Notes under the pieces: generated by a model
Told to the model about the DNA's origin: nothing
Databases searched by the model: none
The model's input: only the letters and a program-made list of their open reading frames with translations
Assembly: GCA_018714965.1 (NCBI GenBank)
Contig: DVML01000022.1
Span: forward strand, 1,065 to 65,064
DNA length: 64,000 bases
Direction of reading: 5' to 3'
From: Candidatus Fimihabitans intestinipullorum
Lineage (GTDB): Bacteria > Bacillota_I > Bacilli_A > RF39 > UBA660
Part shown: positions 16,421-26,292 of the stretch, one piece after another
How positions within the stretch are numbered: the first letter of the stretch is position 1
Layout of the letters: each line of letters begins with the position of its first letter
Program-made: the position numbers and the translations under genes

Positions 16421-16892
16421 ATCGATTTTTCAAAATGGAACTAATCAAATGTTATTGATTGAGAATAAATCTTATCATTCTCTCGAACTGGATTTAACAA
16501 AAGAATATCAACTAGAAATTAAGGAATTAAAATCAACAAGAACAATTCAACAAAACAAATATATGTGGTCACTCATTCATGAGATTTCAAAAAAACAAGG
16601 CATGGATGATATGGAAGTATATATTCAGGCACTAGAAGAAGCGAATGCAAAATATGAGTATATTATGGCTCCAGAAGAAGCAGAAGAAAACCTGAAAAAA
16701 GGATTTCGAGCAGTCAAAATTACTAGACCAGAAATTCATAACGGAAAGAAATTTTATATTTACAAATGCTTTCTAGGAAGTAGCAAATTTAACGTTACAG
16801 AAATGAAACAGTTGATAGATGTTATCGTTGGTTGGTGTTACGAATTAAATATACCGACTGATATTTACGAAAAGATTTATTTAGGGGGTTGA
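16398..16892 (+). CDS. NinB/Orf-like recombination mediator
   Basis: STRTIQQNKYMWSLIHEIS and GSSKFNVTEMKQLIDVIVGWCYE resemble lambda NinB motifs (RSLDQN..LW, GQSTS...EF..L). Confidence 0.5.
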   Translation: MKTIVKIESIFQNGTNQMLLIENKSYHSLELDLTKEYQLEIKELKSTRTIQQNKYMWSLIHEISKKQGMDDMEVYIQALEEANAKYEYIMAPEEAEENLKKGFRAVKITRPEIHNGKKFYIYKCFLGSSKFNVTEMKQLIDVIVGWCYELNIPTDIYEKIYLGG

Positions 16893-16896
16893 TTAG

Positions 16897-17217
16897 ATGT
16901 TGGAAGAAGTATTATCACTTACAAAATGGAAAAAGAAACGAGAAATATTAAAAGAACTGCAAAAAATTGGAATCAACATAAGCGAAAGAAAATTCAGAAA
17001 ACAAGTTGAAATAAATAATAAACTTTATGGCGAAGGACAAGCTAATTACTATATCATTCACGGCAATAATGGATATAAATTGTCATTCGATTGGAACGAA
17101 ATTGAGAAGTCTATCGCCGATAAAAGAAAGCGAGCTTTGACTATGCTTGCAGAGTGTAGTAAGGCTGAAAAACAATTTCAAAGAAGAAACAATTTGAGAA
17201 TGGAGGAATTGATATGA
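16897..17217 (+). CDS. Hypothetical phage protein
   Basis: 106 aa; within the operon. Confidence 0.45.
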   Translation: MLEEVLSLTKWKKKREILKELQKIGINISERKFRKQVEINNKLYGEGQANYYIIHGNNGYKLSFDWNEIEKSIADKRKRALTMLAECSKAEKQFQRRNNLRMEELI

Positions 17218-17783
17218 AATTTAAAGTAGGAGATAAAGTAAAAGCAAAAATACACGGACAAGATTTGGTAGGAGTTATAAAAGAGATTGATTCAGACTCT
17301 AAACCGTATTTAGTTTATTTTGACGGTTGGACTGAGGGACATAACGGAAGAGATTTATACAAAGGGAACCATTGCTGGTGGTTTGAAGATGACGAATTAG
17401 AGTTAATTGAGAGAGGAGAAAAAGATATGAAAAAAAGTGATTTAAAAAGTGGAGCAATTGTAGAAACAAGAGAAGGAAATAAATATATTTTGTTATTAAA
17501 TACAAAATTTTATGATAATGAGAAACCGATATTAGTCAACTTGGCAAATGGGTGTTACTTATATTATTTAGACTATAATGAAGATTTAACGCACTATAAC
17601 AAGTTATTAGACATCATGAAAGTTTGTCAACACGAATACGTTGGAGATAATATTAGAAGGCATATTTTAAAACAAAATGAAAATGATTGGACTTGGATCC
17701 GTGAAGAGGAAACAGTAATGACAATTTTTGAAATTGAAGAAAAATTTGGTATTTCTAAATTGAAAATTAAAAAGGAAGATTAA
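17214..17783 (+). CDS. Hypothetical phage protein
   Basis: 189 aa; within the operon. Confidence 0.45.
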   Translation: MKFKVGDKVKAKIHGQDLVGVIKEIDSDSKPYLVYFDGWTEGHNGRDLYKGNHCWWFEDDELELIERGEKDMKKSDLKSGAIVETREGNKYILLLNTKFYDNEKPILVNLANGCYLYYLDYNEDLTHYNKLLDIMKVCQHEYVGDNIRRHILKQNENDWTWIREEETVMTIFEIEEKFGISKLKIKKED

Positions 17784-17784
17784 A

Positions 17785-18135
17785 ATGCCAAAATATACAA
17801 AGCTGTTGAATTTTAGTAAAGAAACAATCAGAGAAATACAAAGAAGAGATAATCGTTCATGTTTATTTTGTAGGATCGGATATCATTGTGAGGAGTTCGA
17901 TCCTAACAAATTAGACTTTATCATTCACGATATTATGCACTTTATTCCAAAATCGAAAATGGGTTTAGGTATTCCTGAAAACGGAGTAGAAGGCTGCCGG
18001 TATCATCATCACATGTTAGATAACGGGAATAAGGGACGCAGATCAGAAATGTTAAAAATCATGGGAAATTATTTAAAAAGTATTTATCCAGGTTGGAATA
18101 AATCAAAATTAGTTTATAGAAAATATGAGGATTAG
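17785..18135 (+). CDS. Cys/His-rich protein, possibly an HNH-like nuclease
   Basis: CLFCRIGYHC...HDIMH...CRYHHHMLDNG; the assignment is tentative. Confidence 0.3.
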   Translation: MPKYTKLLNFSKETIREIQRRDNRSCLFCRIGYHCEEFDPNKLDFIIHDIMHFIPKSKMGLGIPENGVEGCRYHHHMLDNGNKGRRSEMLKIMGNYLKSIYPGWNKSKLVYRKYED

Positions 18136-18137
18136 AT

Positions 18138-18305
18138 ATGAATAAATCATTTATATTTATGTGGATATTTTTATTCCTAATGTGGCTGATGTTAATTTTA
18201 AAATTAGTAACAGGAATGGAACTATTATTCGATATCTTGTGGGTACTAATGATAATTGGTTGGCTTATATCAACATTATTTACAATCAAGGATTTAACGA
18301 AATGA
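18138..18305 (+). CDS. Small two-TM membrane protein (55 aa)
   Basis: RBS GAGGA 6 nt before the ATG; MNKSFIFMWIFLFLMWLMLILKLVTGMELLFDILWVLMIIGWLISTLFTIKDLTK; ATGA overlap with the next gene. Confidence 0.45.
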   Translation: MNKSFIFMWIFLFLMWLMLILKLVTGMELLFDILWVLMIIGWLISTLFTIKDLTK

Positions 18306-18637
18306 GTAAATATCGAAATAAAAAAGTAACAATAGATGGAATTACATTTGATTCAATCAAAGAGAGTAAAAGATATCAAGAATTGAAACTATTAGAGAGA
18401 GCAAAAAAAATTACAGAATTGAAATTACAAGTACCATTTATTTTGTTAGATAGTTATGTTTTAAATGGCAAAAAACGACAAGGAATAAAATATATCGCTG
18501 ACTTTGTTTACATCGATATAAGGACGGGTAAATACGTTGTGGAAGACGTCAAGAGTCCAGCTACAAAAACACAAGTATATAAATTAAAAAAGAAATTATT
18601 TGAACAAAAATATGAAATTGAAATTAGGGAGGTTTAA
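18302..18637 (+). CDS. DUF1064-type protein (RecU-like Holliday junction resolvase fold)
   Basis: MSKYRNKKVTIDGITFDSIKESKRYQELKLLE... typical of DUF1064. The N-terminal extension in track ORF 18161 was rejected. Confidence 0.6.
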   Translation: MSKYRNKKVTIDGITFDSIKESKRYQELKLLERAKKITELKLQVPFILLDSYVLNGKKRQGIKYIADFVYIDIRTGKYVVEDVKSPATKTQVYKLKKKLFEQKYEIEIREV

Positions 18638-18639
18638 AT

Positions 18640-19074
18640 ATGAATCGAGTTTGTTTAATCGGGAGAGTAACAGCAAAACCAGAATTAAGATACACTGCTT
18701 CTAATATTGCATTTGTAAGAATGGGAATAGCAGTAAATAGAAATTTTAGTAACAATCAAGGACAAAGAGAAGCTGACTTTATCAATGTTATTGTTTGGAG
18801 AAAACAAGCTGAAAATGTTTGTAATTTCCTGGATAAAGGAAGTCTAGTCGGTGTTGAGGGAAAGATTCAAACAACAAAATATACAGATCGTGATGGAAAT
18901 AACAGAGTAATGTTTGAAGTGGCAGCTGATTCTGTTCAATTTTTGGAAAATAAGAAGAAGGAAGAAAAAAAAGAAGAAATTGATTTACATAAGGAAAGAA
19001 AGGATGGAATAGAAGTCGATCCGTTTGCCGATTTTGCTGATGAGGTAGTCATTCCGGATGATTTCTTAGATTGA
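18640..19074 (+). CDS. ssb: Single-stranded DNA-binding protein
   Basis: OB-fold N-terminus MNRVCLIGRVTAKPELRYT...DFINVIVWRKQAENV; acidic C-terminal tip IPDDFLD. Confidence 0.9.
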   Translation: MNRVCLIGRVTAKPELRYTASNIAFVRMGIAVNRNFSNNQGQREADFINVIVWRKQAENVCNFLDKGSLVGVEGKIQTTKYTDRDGNNRVMFEVAADSVQFLENKKKEEKKEEIDLHKERKDGIEVDPFADFADEVVIPDDFLD

Positions 19075-19253
19075 GTATGAAAGATATTTTTATAGCAATA
19101 ATTGTTGGGATTGCGATTTTGATGTTCATTTTCATAATGGAATTGTCAATGATCTGCAGTGACTTAAAAGAACAAGTTGATTACTACAAGGAAATGTATC
19201 AAGATCAATCAATCGTAGTTAGAGTGTTACAGGAAAGTTGTTGTGTTGAGTAA
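19071..19253 (+). CDS. Small membrane protein
   Basis: 60 aa; one TM (IFIAIIVGIAILMFIFIM). Confidence 0.4.
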   Translation: MSMKDIFIAIIVGIAILMFIFIMELSMICSDLKEQVDYYKEMYQDQSIVVRVLQESCCVE

Positions 19254-19487
19254 TGTTAAAGATAAAGGATAATGTAGATTTAAAAGAACTTGAAAAATTT
19301 GCCTATGAATGATTTGTATGAAATAGCAAATGATAGAATCGAAAAAAGAATAAAAGAAAATATTTTAGGAGAATAGATAATATGGAGTTATCAAGCAACG
19401 AAAATTATAAGTATTTATTCACAGATGAAATAATTGAGTTAGGTATTTTCGCATATCAAAAAAAACATAGTAAAGGAGTGAGATGAC

Positions 19488-19883
19488 ATGGAAAAAGAGG
19501 AATTAGAAAGTTTAAAAAAAGAAAATGACAAATTGGAATATGATTTAGTTTCAAAACAAAATATATACATAGAACAGTTACAAAACAAAATAAAAGAACT
19601 AGAGAATAAACTAGATATACAAACAATTTGTGGATATCCTGTAGAAGATGTAATTAAAATATTAAGTGCGATAGATATTGAAAGAAAATATGATATCAGA
19701 TTCACGATGGATAACTTACAAAAGTTTATAGAACTATATCAGAAAGAACAAACAGAGATGCTAAAAGAGGCGTTTAGTAAAATAAATTATGAATGGCCAC
19801 CAGGAGGCAAAGAAATTAAGATACAGCCATTTAACAATAGTGGTGTAAAAGATTTTAGGAAAATAGAGGATACAAATGAGTAA
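19488..19883 (+). CDS. Hypothetical coiled-coil protein
   Basis: 131 aa; RBS AAGGAGTGAG. Confidence 0.5.
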   Translation: MEKEELESLKKENDKLEYDLVSKQNIYIEQLQNKIKELENKLDIQTICGYPVEDVIKILSAIDIERKYDIRFTMDNLQKFIELYQKEQTEMLKEAFSKINYEWPPGGKEIKIQPFNNSGVKDFRKIEDTNE

Positions 19884-20046
19884 TAGTTATTATCAATACT
19901 TTAAAGAACTGTGGGTATCTATTTTAAATAAGCAATATCATAAAGGAACTATTTCTGAAAAACGAACAATAAAAGATAATGTATTTAAAAATGTTCATTT
20001 AACAGATAAACAAAAAGAAAGGGTATGGGAGTTAATTATCAGTTAA
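19876..20046 (+). CDS. Hypothetical 56-aa protein
   Basis: The ATG overlaps the previous stop; not in the ORF track (below its length cut-off). Confidence 0.3.
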   Translation: MSNSYYQYFKELWVSILNKQYHKGTISEKRTIKDNVFKNVHLTDKQKERVWELIIS

Positions 20047-20057
20047 GGAGGGGTATA

Positions 20058-20489
20058 TTGAATTTGTTTCAATTGAAAGAAGAATATTGTGAAAAACAAA
20101 AATTCATTCGTTTGAATATGGAAAAAATCAGAATGATTGAATGTAAAATGGAAGGACTAAAGGCAACTGATATAAGATCAGAAATAGTCGAAGGTAGATC
20201 AAAGAGAAAAGATTTAGCTGATCTTTTGCATCAGAAGGTAGAGTTAGAAAAAGAAATTGAATCATTAAATGACGAATTGTTATCGTATAACCCTATTATC
20301 ACTGAATTAGAAGCCATTTATAAGGAATTAGGTAATAGAGATAAACAGATTTATATTGAACGGAAAATAAGAGGATATAGTCCTGTGAGAATAGGAATTA
20401 AATGGGGAATCGATGAGCGAACAGTACGAAGAATAGTAAAAAAAGTTGAAAAAATGATCGAATGTCCGAAAATGTCCGCTCCTTTATGA
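20058..20489 (+). CDS. ArpU/RinA-like late transcriptional activator (sigma region-4-like HTH)
   Basis: TTG start 5 nt after AAGGAGGGG; C-terminal YSPVRIGIKWGIDERTVRRIVKKVEKMI; located just upstream of the packaging genes. Confidence 0.45.
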   Translation: MNLFQLKEEYCEKQKFIRLNMEKIRMIECKMEGLKATDIRSEIVEGRSKRKDLADLLHQKVELEKEIESLNDELLSYNPIITELEAIYKELGNRDKQIYIERKIRGYSPVRIGIKWGIDERTVRRIVKKVEKMIECPKMSAPL

Positions 20490-20558
20490 AAAAATGGTAT
20501 TGTGAGAAAATGAATAAAATCTCACGGTGTTAACCCACGCTCCCCTTTTATTCTTTTT

Positions 20559-20590
20559 AAGAACAATGCTAGTACAGATTGTTCTTTTTT
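20559..20590 (+). terminator. Rho-independent terminator
   Basis: AAGAACAAT, 10-nt loop, ATTGTTCTT, followed by a T-run. Confidence 0.75.
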
Positions 20591-20591
20591 G

Positions 20592-20620
20592 TTGATAACA
20601 ATATGTTTATTTGATATACT
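20592..20620 (+). promoter_or_regulatory. Stand-alone promoter of the 20643 moron
   Basis: TTGATA-17 nt-TATACT with a TGn extended -10. Confidence 0.55.
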
Positions 20621-20642
20621 CTTCATGTGAGGAGTGATAAAA

Positions 20643-21155
20643 ATGGGAATATGGTCTATAGTGATACCGTCTGGGGTTACTGCGATAGGATGGTTTGTAA
20701 GCTATCTCATCAATAGAAATTTATTTAAAAGAGAATTAGAAAAAATGCAAAAAGACAAGTTTTTAAGTAAAAATGAAAATTTAGCAACTGATTTGAGCGA
20801 TTTGTTAGCAAAAGTTACTACAAATGACCACATTGATAAGAAAACGACAGAGCAAATAAGGGAAATTTTTAATAGAATTTATTGTTATGGCTCTAATACT
20901 GTAGTTGCATTGTTAAGTGATATGCAAAATAAGAATTATACTAAATATTTTCAAGGAGAGCGTAAGTATGAATTGCTAGCATATTATACTGTTTTATTAA
21001 CTCAAATTAAATATGACTTGATCGGAGTAAAAACGAATCCGTTACAATGGTTAAAACTAAACATAACTGATTATGATAAATTAGAAAAACAATTCAAACA
21101 ATCAATTGGAAAAATTATTGAAGAATATAATTTAGATTTTAAGACTGACGAATAA
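20643..21155 (+). CDS. Membrane-anchored hypothetical protein (moron candidate)
   Basis: ATG 8 nt after GAGGAG; N-terminal TM WSIVIPSGVTAIGWFVSYLI followed by a helical soluble domain; no family recognised. Confidence 0.6.
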   Translation: MGIWSIVIPSGVTAIGWFVSYLINRNLFKRELEKMQKDKFLSKNENLATDLSDLLAKVTTNDHIDKKTTEQIREIFNRIYCYGSNTVVALLSDMQNKNYTKYFQGERKYELLAYYTVLLTQIKYDLIGVKTNPLQWLKLNITDYDKLEKQFKQSIGKIIEEYNLDFKTDE

Positions 21156-21168
21156 TCAGTCTTTTTTT
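21142..21168 (+). terminator. Rho-independent terminator
   Basis: AGACTGA cgaataa TCAGTCT followed by T7. Confidence 0.7.
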
Positions 21169-21182
21169 AGGAAGTGATATAT

Positions 21183-21659
21183 ATGTTGAATGCAAAGCAA
21201 GAAATGTTTGTGCAAAACTTGGTCAAAGGAATGTCCCAACGAGAAGCATACAAAAAAGCTTACAACGCGACATACGATCCAAAAGCAATTGATAGTAAAG
21301 CATGTAACCTATTTAATTCAGGCAAGATACAGGCAAGGTATAAGGAATTGATGGGAGAAATAAAAGATCAATCTATTATGACTGCTATTGAAAGAAGAAA
21401 ATGGCTAACAAATGTGATCAATGGTAAAGAATTAGAAACTGTTGAAATTACATTACCTGACGGTCAGAAAGAACTGGTAGGGAGTAAAGAAGCTGATCTT
21501 AATACTAAAATGAAAGCTATGGATATGCTTAACAAAATGGATGGAGAATATATCACTAATCATAAAATAAGTGGAGATAAAGATAACCCAGTTAATATTG
21601 TAGATTTATCTCATTTATCAACAGAAGAAATCAGAGAGCTGTTGAAAGATGAGCATTAG
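21183..21659 (+). CDS. Terminase small subunit (Terminase_2 type)
   Basis: MLNAKQEMFVQNLVKGMSQREAYKKAYNATYDPKAIDSKACNLFNSGKIQARYKEL, a family-typical N-terminus. Confidence 0.75.
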   Translation: MLNAKQEMFVQNLVKGMSQREAYKKAYNATYDPKAIDSKACNLFNSGKIQARYKELMGEIKDQSIMTAIERRKWLTNVINGKELETVEITLPDGQKELVGSKEADLNTKMKAMDMLNKMDGEYITNHKISGDKDNPVNIVDLSHLSTEEIRELLKDEH

Positions 21660-23115
21660 AAATGAATTAAAAAAAGAATTATGTAGAAGAGAGTATAGCG
21701 ATTATGTTGAATTTGTTCATGAAGGACGTTGGATTAAAGGCAAAGCAGTATCTTATATTTGTGATAAAGTACAAGAATTTATTGAGGCAGATACTGGACA
21801 CGCTTTTGATATATTAGTTTTGTCTATCCCACCACAACATGGAAAATCGATGACAATCACAGAAACACTCCCTAGTTGGTATTTAGGAAAATTTCCGACC
21901 AAACGAATTATAGAAGCTTCATATAGTGAAGACTTTGCACAATTGTTTGGAAGAAGAAATTTAAGAAAAATAGAACAATTTGGAAAAGAACTCTTTAACA
22001 TAGAAAAAGGAAATATCGCAAATAATACAGAGTTTGAACTGTCAAACGGAATCGGTGGAATGATTTCTCGTGGTATTTTATCGGGAGTCACTGGTAGACC
22101 AGCTGACTTAATGATCATAGATGACCCAGTTAAAAATAGACAAGAAGCAGATAGTAAAACATACCGCGATAGAGTTTGGGCAGAGTGGAATGATTCATTT
22201 AAATCAAGGTTATCATTTGGTGCTAAAGTCATTATTATTCAAACAAGATGGCACGAAGACGATTTTGCTGGACGAATCATAAAAAATGAAAAACATGTCA
22301 CAGTCATTAACTTAAAATGCGAAGCTGATAATAATGATCCACTTGGTAGAAAGCCGGGAGAGGCTTTATGTCCAGAAATAGGTAAAGGAAACGAATGGTT
22401 AAAAGATTTCAAATCAACATTCACTACTAAAGAAGGTAGTAGGACTTGGAACGCTCTATATCAAGGTAGTCCGACTCCAGACGATGGGAACATATTTAAA
22501 AGAAAATGGTTTAAATATTATGAAAAATTACCAACTCTTCCATATATGTTAATTAGTGTTGATGCTACTTTTAAAGATAAAGAAGATAATGATTTCGTGT
22601 CAATTCAAGTATGGGGAAAGAGAAATTCTGACTTTTATTTAATTGACAGAGTTAAAGAACATTTTGGGTTTACCGAAACCTTAAATGTTATTAGACAATT
22701 ACGAAATAAATACAATAAATGTAGTGCTGTATTGATCGAAGACAAAGCAAATGGATCTGCGATTGTAGAGGTACTACAACGCGAATTTTCTGGGATAATA
22801 CCAATCAATCCGGAGGGTGGAAAGATTGCAAGAGCAAATGCAGTATCTCCGTCGTTTGAAAGTGGAAATGTATACTTTCCTAAAAATAAACAGTGGTTAT
22901 ATGACTATGAGACTGAACTAGTTTCATTTCCGAATGCTGAACATGACGATGATGTTGACTGTACTACTCAAGCAGTTAATAGATTGAGGAATATAACAGC
23001 AATTGAAATGAGCGAAGAACAAAAAGAACTATATGAATATGAACAAAAAAAATACAGACAGAAAGTCAAGGTAATAGCTGGGAATACAGCTACAAGATCC
23101 TTTATCAATTATTAG
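21649..23115 (+). CDS. Terminase large subunit
   Basis: Walker A-like PPQHGKS, Walker B LMIIDDP, QTRWHEDDFAGR, C-terminal nuclease HDDDVDC. Confidence 0.9.
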   Translation: MSIRNELKKELCRREYSDYVEFVHEGRWIKGKAVSYICDKVQEFIEADTGHAFDILVLSIPPQHGKSMTITETLPSWYLGKFPTKRIIEASYSEDFAQLFGRRNLRKIEQFGKELFNIEKGNIANNTEFELSNGIGGMISRGILSGVTGRPADLMIIDDPVKNRQEADSKTYRDRVWAEWNDSFKSRLSFGAKVIIIQTRWHEDDFAGRIIKNEKHVTVINLKCEADNNDPLGRKPGEALCPEIGKGNEWLKDFKSTFTTKEGSRTWNALYQGSPTPDDGNIFKRKWFKYYEKLPTLPYMLISVDATFKDKEDNDFVSIQVWGKRNSDFYLIDRVKEHFGFTETLNVIRQLRNKYNKCSAVLIEDKANGSAIVEVLQREFSGIIPINPEGGKIARANAVSPSFESGNVYFPKNKQWLYDYETELVSFPNAEHDDDVDCTTQAVNRLRNITAIEMSEEQKELYEYEQKKYRQKVKVIAGNTATRSFINY

Positions 23116-23125
23116 GAGGTAATAT

Positions 23126-23320
23126 ATGATATTTATTATATTATTATGGATAGCAACAATAATAGTTGCTTTTTTTATTGGAAAAAGTCATAAAGGAAAA
23201 CACAAAAAAGAAAAAATGAGTATCGAAGAGAAAACAAAATTAGAACGAACAAAGAAAGCGTTCAACGAGTTAATGACTTATGATTATGACATTGCGTTAG
23301 GTGGTGTAAAACATGAATAA
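23126..23320 (+). CDS. Small membrane protein
   Basis: 64 aa; N-terminal TM. Confidence 0.4.
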   Translation: MIFIILLWIATIIVAFFIGKSHKGKHKKEKMSIEEKTKLERTKKAFNELMTYDYDIALGGVKHE

Positions 23321-25097
23321 TACAAAGGACTGGGAGTTATACGAGGCTGGGGTTAAATATAATCAAAGCTTGTATGGAGCTGACAGAGACTATTATGATG
23401 TTATCAATACTAATATTGCATTTGCCAACGGAGATCAGTGGAGAAATGTTACTGGAGAAGGATTACCAAAACCAGTCTTTAACATCATCAAACGCGTAAA
23501 ACAATTTAAAATTGCTTCGTTAAAGTCTAACAACGTTGCTATTCAGATCCAACCAATGGAATATAGGCCAGATGATAACGATGCACAAATGCAATCAAGT
23601 ATTCACAAAACAGATTTAGCGAACGCAGAAGTAAAAAACATATTAGAAAATATTAACTTTGATGCTTTGAGCAGGCAATTATTAAACGACGGATTCGACA
23701 CCGGAGATATGTGTTTGCACTTTTACAACGATGTTACAAAAACGCCATATAAAAAATACCCAAACATTAAAGGAGTAATCAACGCAGAAGTAATTGATTG
23801 TACAAACGTGATGTTTGGAAATCCCAACATTAAGAATGTTGAAAAACAACCATATATAATATTAGTCGGACGAGACCTTGTTAAGAATTTACAAGAAGAA
23901 TATAAAAGAAATAATAAAAAGGATCAAAAAAATGCAAATTCTATCACAGAAGATACAATGACAAGTTACCTCGCTGGAGATAATAGCAAGGTAGAGTTAG
24001 AAGCAGACAAATTTGGAAAAGCCTTGTATATATTGAAATACTATCGTGGTAAAAATGGAAAAATATATGTGAATAAATCAGTCCAAAACATGTACATATA
24101 TAAAGAAAAAGAAACAGGATATGATTATTACCCAATCGCATTTAATAACTGGGATGGAATGAAAGGTAGTTATCACGGTAGAGCAGAAACTACAGGTATT
24201 ATTCCAAACCAAATTGCTATAAATAAAATGTTTGCAATGGTTATATATCACTTAATGCTCACTGCTTTCCCCACAGCAGTTTATGATGCTACTAAAGTCG
24301 AGAATTGGACTAATGAAATCGGTGCTGCGATTCCAATCAATAATGTAGGAAATTCAAGCATTCGCAATATTGCTGGATACTTGGAACCAGCTAGTATGAG
24401 TGGTCAGATCATCAATGCTATTGAACTCGCAATGCAATATACGAAAGATACCTTAGGGGTAGGAGATGCTTCGCTAGGAAATATAACAATGGATAATGCG
24501 ACTGCCATTATTGCCGTTCAAAAATCTAATGCAGTGCCTCTAGAAAACGTCAGAGCTAATTTGTATGAACTTATAGAAGATTGTGGAAGAATTATATTAG
24601 ACATGATTGCTACTGACTATGGGATTAGACCAGTTGTTATTTCCGAAGGCGATAATAGAACGGTAGAAGAATTTGACTTTGGAGAGCTAAAAGGTATGTG
24701 GCTCCATATCAAAGCTGATGTAGGAAGTGCTTCATATTTTAGTGAAATCGCATCACTTCAAACACTAGATAATTTATTAAATGCAGGAAGAATTGAATTT
24801 ATTGATTATTTAAAACGAATTCCTGATGAAATAATTCCAAAAAAGCAAGAGTTGATTCAATCATTAGAACAAGGCGACTGGGAAAAACAGGCATTGTATT
24901 CTTTAATGGATAAGTTTATGCAAGGATTAGATCCTATGTTACAGCAACAGTTACAACAATTAGAACCTGAACAAATGGAGAAGGAGATTTTATCTATGAT
25001 GGGAGCATTTGATAATAATCAATCAGAACCAGTTCCAATGCAACCGGAGGCTCAAATAATGCCAGAAATCATGCCAGAAGGAGGAGAAATGTCATGA
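23313..25097 (+). CDS. Portal protein
   Basis: 594 aa; located immediately after the terminase; acidic, Gln-rich C-terminus; size and position are typical. Confidence 0.75.
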   Translation: MNNTKDWELYEAGVKYNQSLYGADRDYYDVINTNIAFANGDQWRNVTGEGLPKPVFNIIKRVKQFKIASLKSNNVAIQIQPMEYRPDDNDAQMQSSIHKTDLANAEVKNILENINFDALSRQLLNDGFDTGDMCLHFYNDVTKTPYKKYPNIKGVINAEVIDCTNVMFGNPNIKNVEKQPYIILVGRDLVKNLQEEYKRNNKKDQKNANSITEDTMTSYLAGDNSKVELEADKFGKALYILKYYRGKNGKIYVNKSVQNMYIYKEKETGYDYYPIAFNNWDGMKGSYHGRAETTGIIPNQIAINKMFAMVIYHLMLTAFPTAVYDATKVENWTNEIGAAIPINNVGNSSIRNIAGYLEPASMSGQIINAIELAMQYTKDTLGVGDASLGNITMDNATAIIAVQKSNAVPLENVRANLYELIEDCGRIILDMIATDYGIRPVVISEGDNRTVEEFDFGELKGMWLHIKADVGSASYFSEIASLQTLDNLLNAGRIEFIDYLKRIPDEIIPKKQELIQSLEQGDWEKQALYSLMDKFMQGLDPMLQQQLQQLEPEQMEKEILSMMGAFDNNQSEPVPMQPEAQIMPEIMPEGGEMS

Positions 25098-25279
25098 AAA
25101 AAATAGAAGTAAGTAAAGAAGAACAAGAGTGGAAAGCAGAAGAAGATGCTAGAACACTCATGAATTATCAAAAAATTTTTAAAGATGAAAAAAGATTGAA
25201 AAAAGCAAAAGAAAAATTAAAAGAACGTGAACTAGAGGTTAAAGAATCTTTAAAAGATATTAACGAGGCTTTAAAGTAG
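25094..25279 (+). CDS. Hypothetical Lys/Glu-rich protein
   Basis: 61 aa; overlapping start. Confidence 0.4.
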   Translation: MKKIEVSKEEQEWKAEEDARTLMNYQKIFKDEKRLKKAKEKLKERELEVKESLKDINEALK

Positions 25280-25422
25280 CCTTTTTATTATGCACTACCT
25301 TATAAGTAGTGTACTGATGATATAATCAAAGTTATTTTTTCTTTTGTAACGCCTTTGAATTTACCATTAGTACAGTGCTTATAAAGCACAATATGCCCAA
25401 CCATAGGCAAGGAGGAATAAGA

Positions 25423-26274
25423 ATGAATGAAGAAGAAAAAGTGGAAGTAGAACAACCAGAAACTACTGAAACAAGTATCGACGAAAACCCATTTGCAGAA
25501 ATTGATAATGAGGTAATATCAGAAAATGCAAATGCAGAAAAGGAAGAAGAATCAGAAAACGGAAAACCAACCGAAAAAGAGGAAACTTCTGAACAAGAAA
25601 TTGATTATGCACCTTTCCTAAAAGTAATTAGTGAAAAGGCAAAGTATAACAAGGAACGTGTCCAAGTAGACAGCATGGACGAAGTTATTACTAATTTTCA
25701 AAAAGGCCTTAATTATGACAAATTAGTAGAACAAAAGAAAGCATTGGAAAATAGCAAAGTATTTTCTTATGTAAGTAAAAAAGCAAGTGATTTAGGCATG
25801 ACGGTGGACGAGTATATGGATTCTGTTGAGAAATATGAACAAGAACAGGAACAAATTCGTCAGCAACAACAAATCGATGAAATGGTTGAGAGTGGTGTGC
25901 CTGAAGAAGTTGCGAAAGAAGTTGTTGCTACCTCACAATTACGTAAACAACTTCAAGAAGAAAAAAACAAATTAGAAGAAGAAAAGAAAAAACGTGCATC
26001 AGAAGAAGCTAAAGACAAAGAATTTATGGAATTTTTAGAGGCATTTCCTGATGTAAAGGCAGAAGACATTCCAAAGGATGTCTTTTTAAATGCACAAAAA
26101 TCTTCTTTAAAACAGGCTTATTTAGAATACCAAAATTCTGAATACAAAAAGCAGTTGGAAATTTTTAAGAATAATCAGAAGAACCAACAAAAAAGTGTTG
26201 GTTCAGTGACTGATACAGGTGTTACTGAACAGGAAGGTTCTGATCCATTCTTAGAAGGTTTCAATTCGGTATAA
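25423..26274 (+). CDS. Scaffolding protein
   Basis: ATG after RBS AAGGAGGA; highly acidic coiled coil, directly upstream of the capsid gene. Confidence 0.6.
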   Translation: MNEEEKVEVEQPETTETSIDENPFAEIDNEVISENANAEKEEESENGKPTEKEETSEQEIDYAPFLKVISEKAKYNKERVQVDSMDEVITNFQKGLNYDKLVEQKKALENSKVFSYVSKKASDLGMTVDEYMDSVEKYEQEQEQIRQQQQIDEMVESGVPEEVAKEVVATSQLRKQLQEEKNKLEEEKKKRASEEAKDKEFMEFLEAFPDVKAEDIPKDVFLNAQKSSLKQAYLEYQNSEYKKQLEIFKNNQKNQQKSVGSVTDTGVTEQEGSDPFLEGFNSV

Positions 26275-26292
26275 AAGAAAGGATGATGAAAA

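Noticed and set aside
18161-18637. The 158-aa version of the DUF1064 gene
   Set aside because: The family-typical N-terminus (MSKYRNKK...) begins at 18302. The upstream part is better explained by a separate 55-aa two-TM ORF in another frame with a proper RBS.
19254-19487. Three tiny ORFs (about 19-34 aa) between the 19071 and 19488 genes
   Set aside because: They look like frameshifted remnants of one small phage gene (MLKIKDNVDLKELEKFAYE, stop, then LYEIANDRIEKRIKENILGE). They are too short and uncertain to annotate.
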